Shown here: positions 62,927 to 64,000 of the stretch, in pieces
How the letters are laid out: each line of letters begins with the position of its first letter
Numbering within the stretch: position 1 is the stretch's first letter
Source of the DNA: Schmidtea nova
Taxonomy: Eukaryota
Assembly (NCBI GenBank): GCA_044892505.1
Contig: CM097882.1
Location: 348,378,001 to 348,442,000, forward strand
Length of the DNA stretch: 64,000 bases
Reading direction: 5' to 3'
Notes under the pieces: generated by a model
The model's input: the letters and a program-made list of their open reading frames with translations, nothing else
What the model was told of the DNA's origin: nothing
Database searches by the model: none
Position numbers and translations under genes: made by a program

Positions 62927-62999
62927 GGTTCGATGGTGTAGCGGTTATCACGTCTGCTTTACACGCAGAAGGTCCCCGGTTCGATCCCGGGTCGAACCA
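62927..62999 (+). tRNA. tRNA-Val-TAC: tRNA-Val(TAC), terminator extended to T8
   Basis: Canonical body; 3' AATTTTTTTTG. Confidence 0.96.
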
Positions 63000-63147
63000 A
63001 ATTTTTTTTGTAAATTGTTAAATCTTGTTTACTATGTTTCCATTGTTTACTAGTGTTATTTTGTGTGTGTGTGTGTTTTATTAGTAAATCAGATCAATTT
63101 ATTTAGCTGAAAGTTGGTAACAAACGAAAATTTGAAAATATTTACAG

Positions 63148-63220
63148 GGTTCGATGGTGTAGCGGTTATCACGTCTGCTTCACACGCAGAAGGTCCCCGG
63201 TTCGATCCCGGGTCGAACCA
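63148..63220 (+). tRNA. tRNA-Val-CAC: tRNA-Val(CAC)
   Basis: Canonical copy. Confidence 0.95.
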
Positions 63221-63517
63221 TATTTTATTAATTAGAAACTTCCTAATCTTGATTTTTTCTCAATGGAACACCTTTCTCATATATGTTACAATATTAAAAA
63301 TGATTGAATAATCAGAGAAAAAAGTTAAAATTTCATTTTCATAAATGTAGTGTGTGAAAGCTTTCTATCCTTTTGCAATTTTATGATTATTTTGTGCAGT
63401 GTTGTTTATTTAAATATGTAACTGTTGAAAAAAAGAATATTGGATATGAAAATGGATAAAGTATTGCAAGTGTTGATATATATATTGTAAATTTTAACGA
63501 TTGATAAATTCTTTCAA

Positions 63518-63590
63518 GGTTCGATGGTGTAGCGGTTATCACGTCTGCTTTACACGCAGAAGGTCCCCGGTTCGATCCCGGGTCGAACCA
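63518..63590 (+). tRNA. tRNA-Val-TAC: tRNA-Val(TAC), terminator extended to T8
   Basis: Canonical body; 3' AATTTTTTTTG. Confidence 0.96.
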
Positions 63591-63738
63591 AATTTTTTTT
63601 GTAAATTGTTAAATCTTGTTTACTATGTTTCCATTGTTTACTAGTGTTATTTTGTGTGTGTGTGTGTTTTATTAGTAAATCAGATCAATTTATTTAGCTA
63701 AAAGTTGGTAACAAACGAAAATTTGAAAATATTTACAG

Positions 63739-63811
63739 GGTTCGATGGTGTAGCGGTTATCACGTCTGCTTCACACGCAGAAGGTCCCCGGTTCGATCCC
63801 GGGTCGAACCA
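63739..63811 (+). tRNA. tRNA-Val-CAC: tRNA-Val(CAC)
   Basis: Canonical copy. Confidence 0.95.
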
Positions 63812-64000
63812 TATTTTATTAATTAGAAACTTCCTAATCTTGATTTTTTCTCAATGGAACACCTTTCTCATATATGTTACAATATTAAAAATGATTGAAT
63901 AATCAGAGAAAAAAGTTAAAATTTCATTTTCATAAATGTAGTGTGTGAAAGCTTTCTATCCTTTTGCAATTTTATGATTATTTTGTGCAGTGTTGTTTAT

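Larger units (their letters stand above)
62354..64000 (+). repeat. tRNA-Val array block, runs off the window end
   Basis: 591-bp periodicity. Confidence 0.95.

Noticed and set aside
1-64000. Whole window as an assembly artefact (one element repeated)
   Set aside because: Copies carry distinct, partly shared SNPs and indels and different flanking unit counts. Exact copy number and order still need long-read confirmation.

Overview
AT-rich eukaryotic (metazoan-like) window that contains only two things. (1) A head-to-tail tandem array of tRNA-Val genes. The unit is 591 bp: tRNA-Val(TAC), a 148-bp spacer with (TG)7, tRNA-Val(CAC), and a 297-bp spacer. There are 25 full-length TAC genes and 31 full-length CAC genes. 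(2) Six near-identical, full-length (7601-7603 bp), ORF-intact copies of a site-specific non-LTR retrotransposon, together about 71% of the window. It has RT plus a restriction-like endonuclease and is NeSL-clade-like because of an Ulp1-type cysteine protease. Every copy sits at the same position inside the D-arm/A-box of a tRNA-Val gene, replacing tRNA nt 10-18, with no target-site duplication and no poly(A). Unusual features: ORF1 starts on an ATG overlapping tRNA nt 7-9 (no 5' UTR). ORF1 and ORF2 are in the same frame, separated by one UGA followed by a stem-loop (readthrough candidate, 2416-aa polyprotein). ORF2 has one intact and two degenerate Ulp1-like repeats. The array also shows TAC/CAC recombinant genes, a 3-unit higher-order repeat and mosaic element copies. 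All domain calls come from motifs read by eye; no database searches were run.
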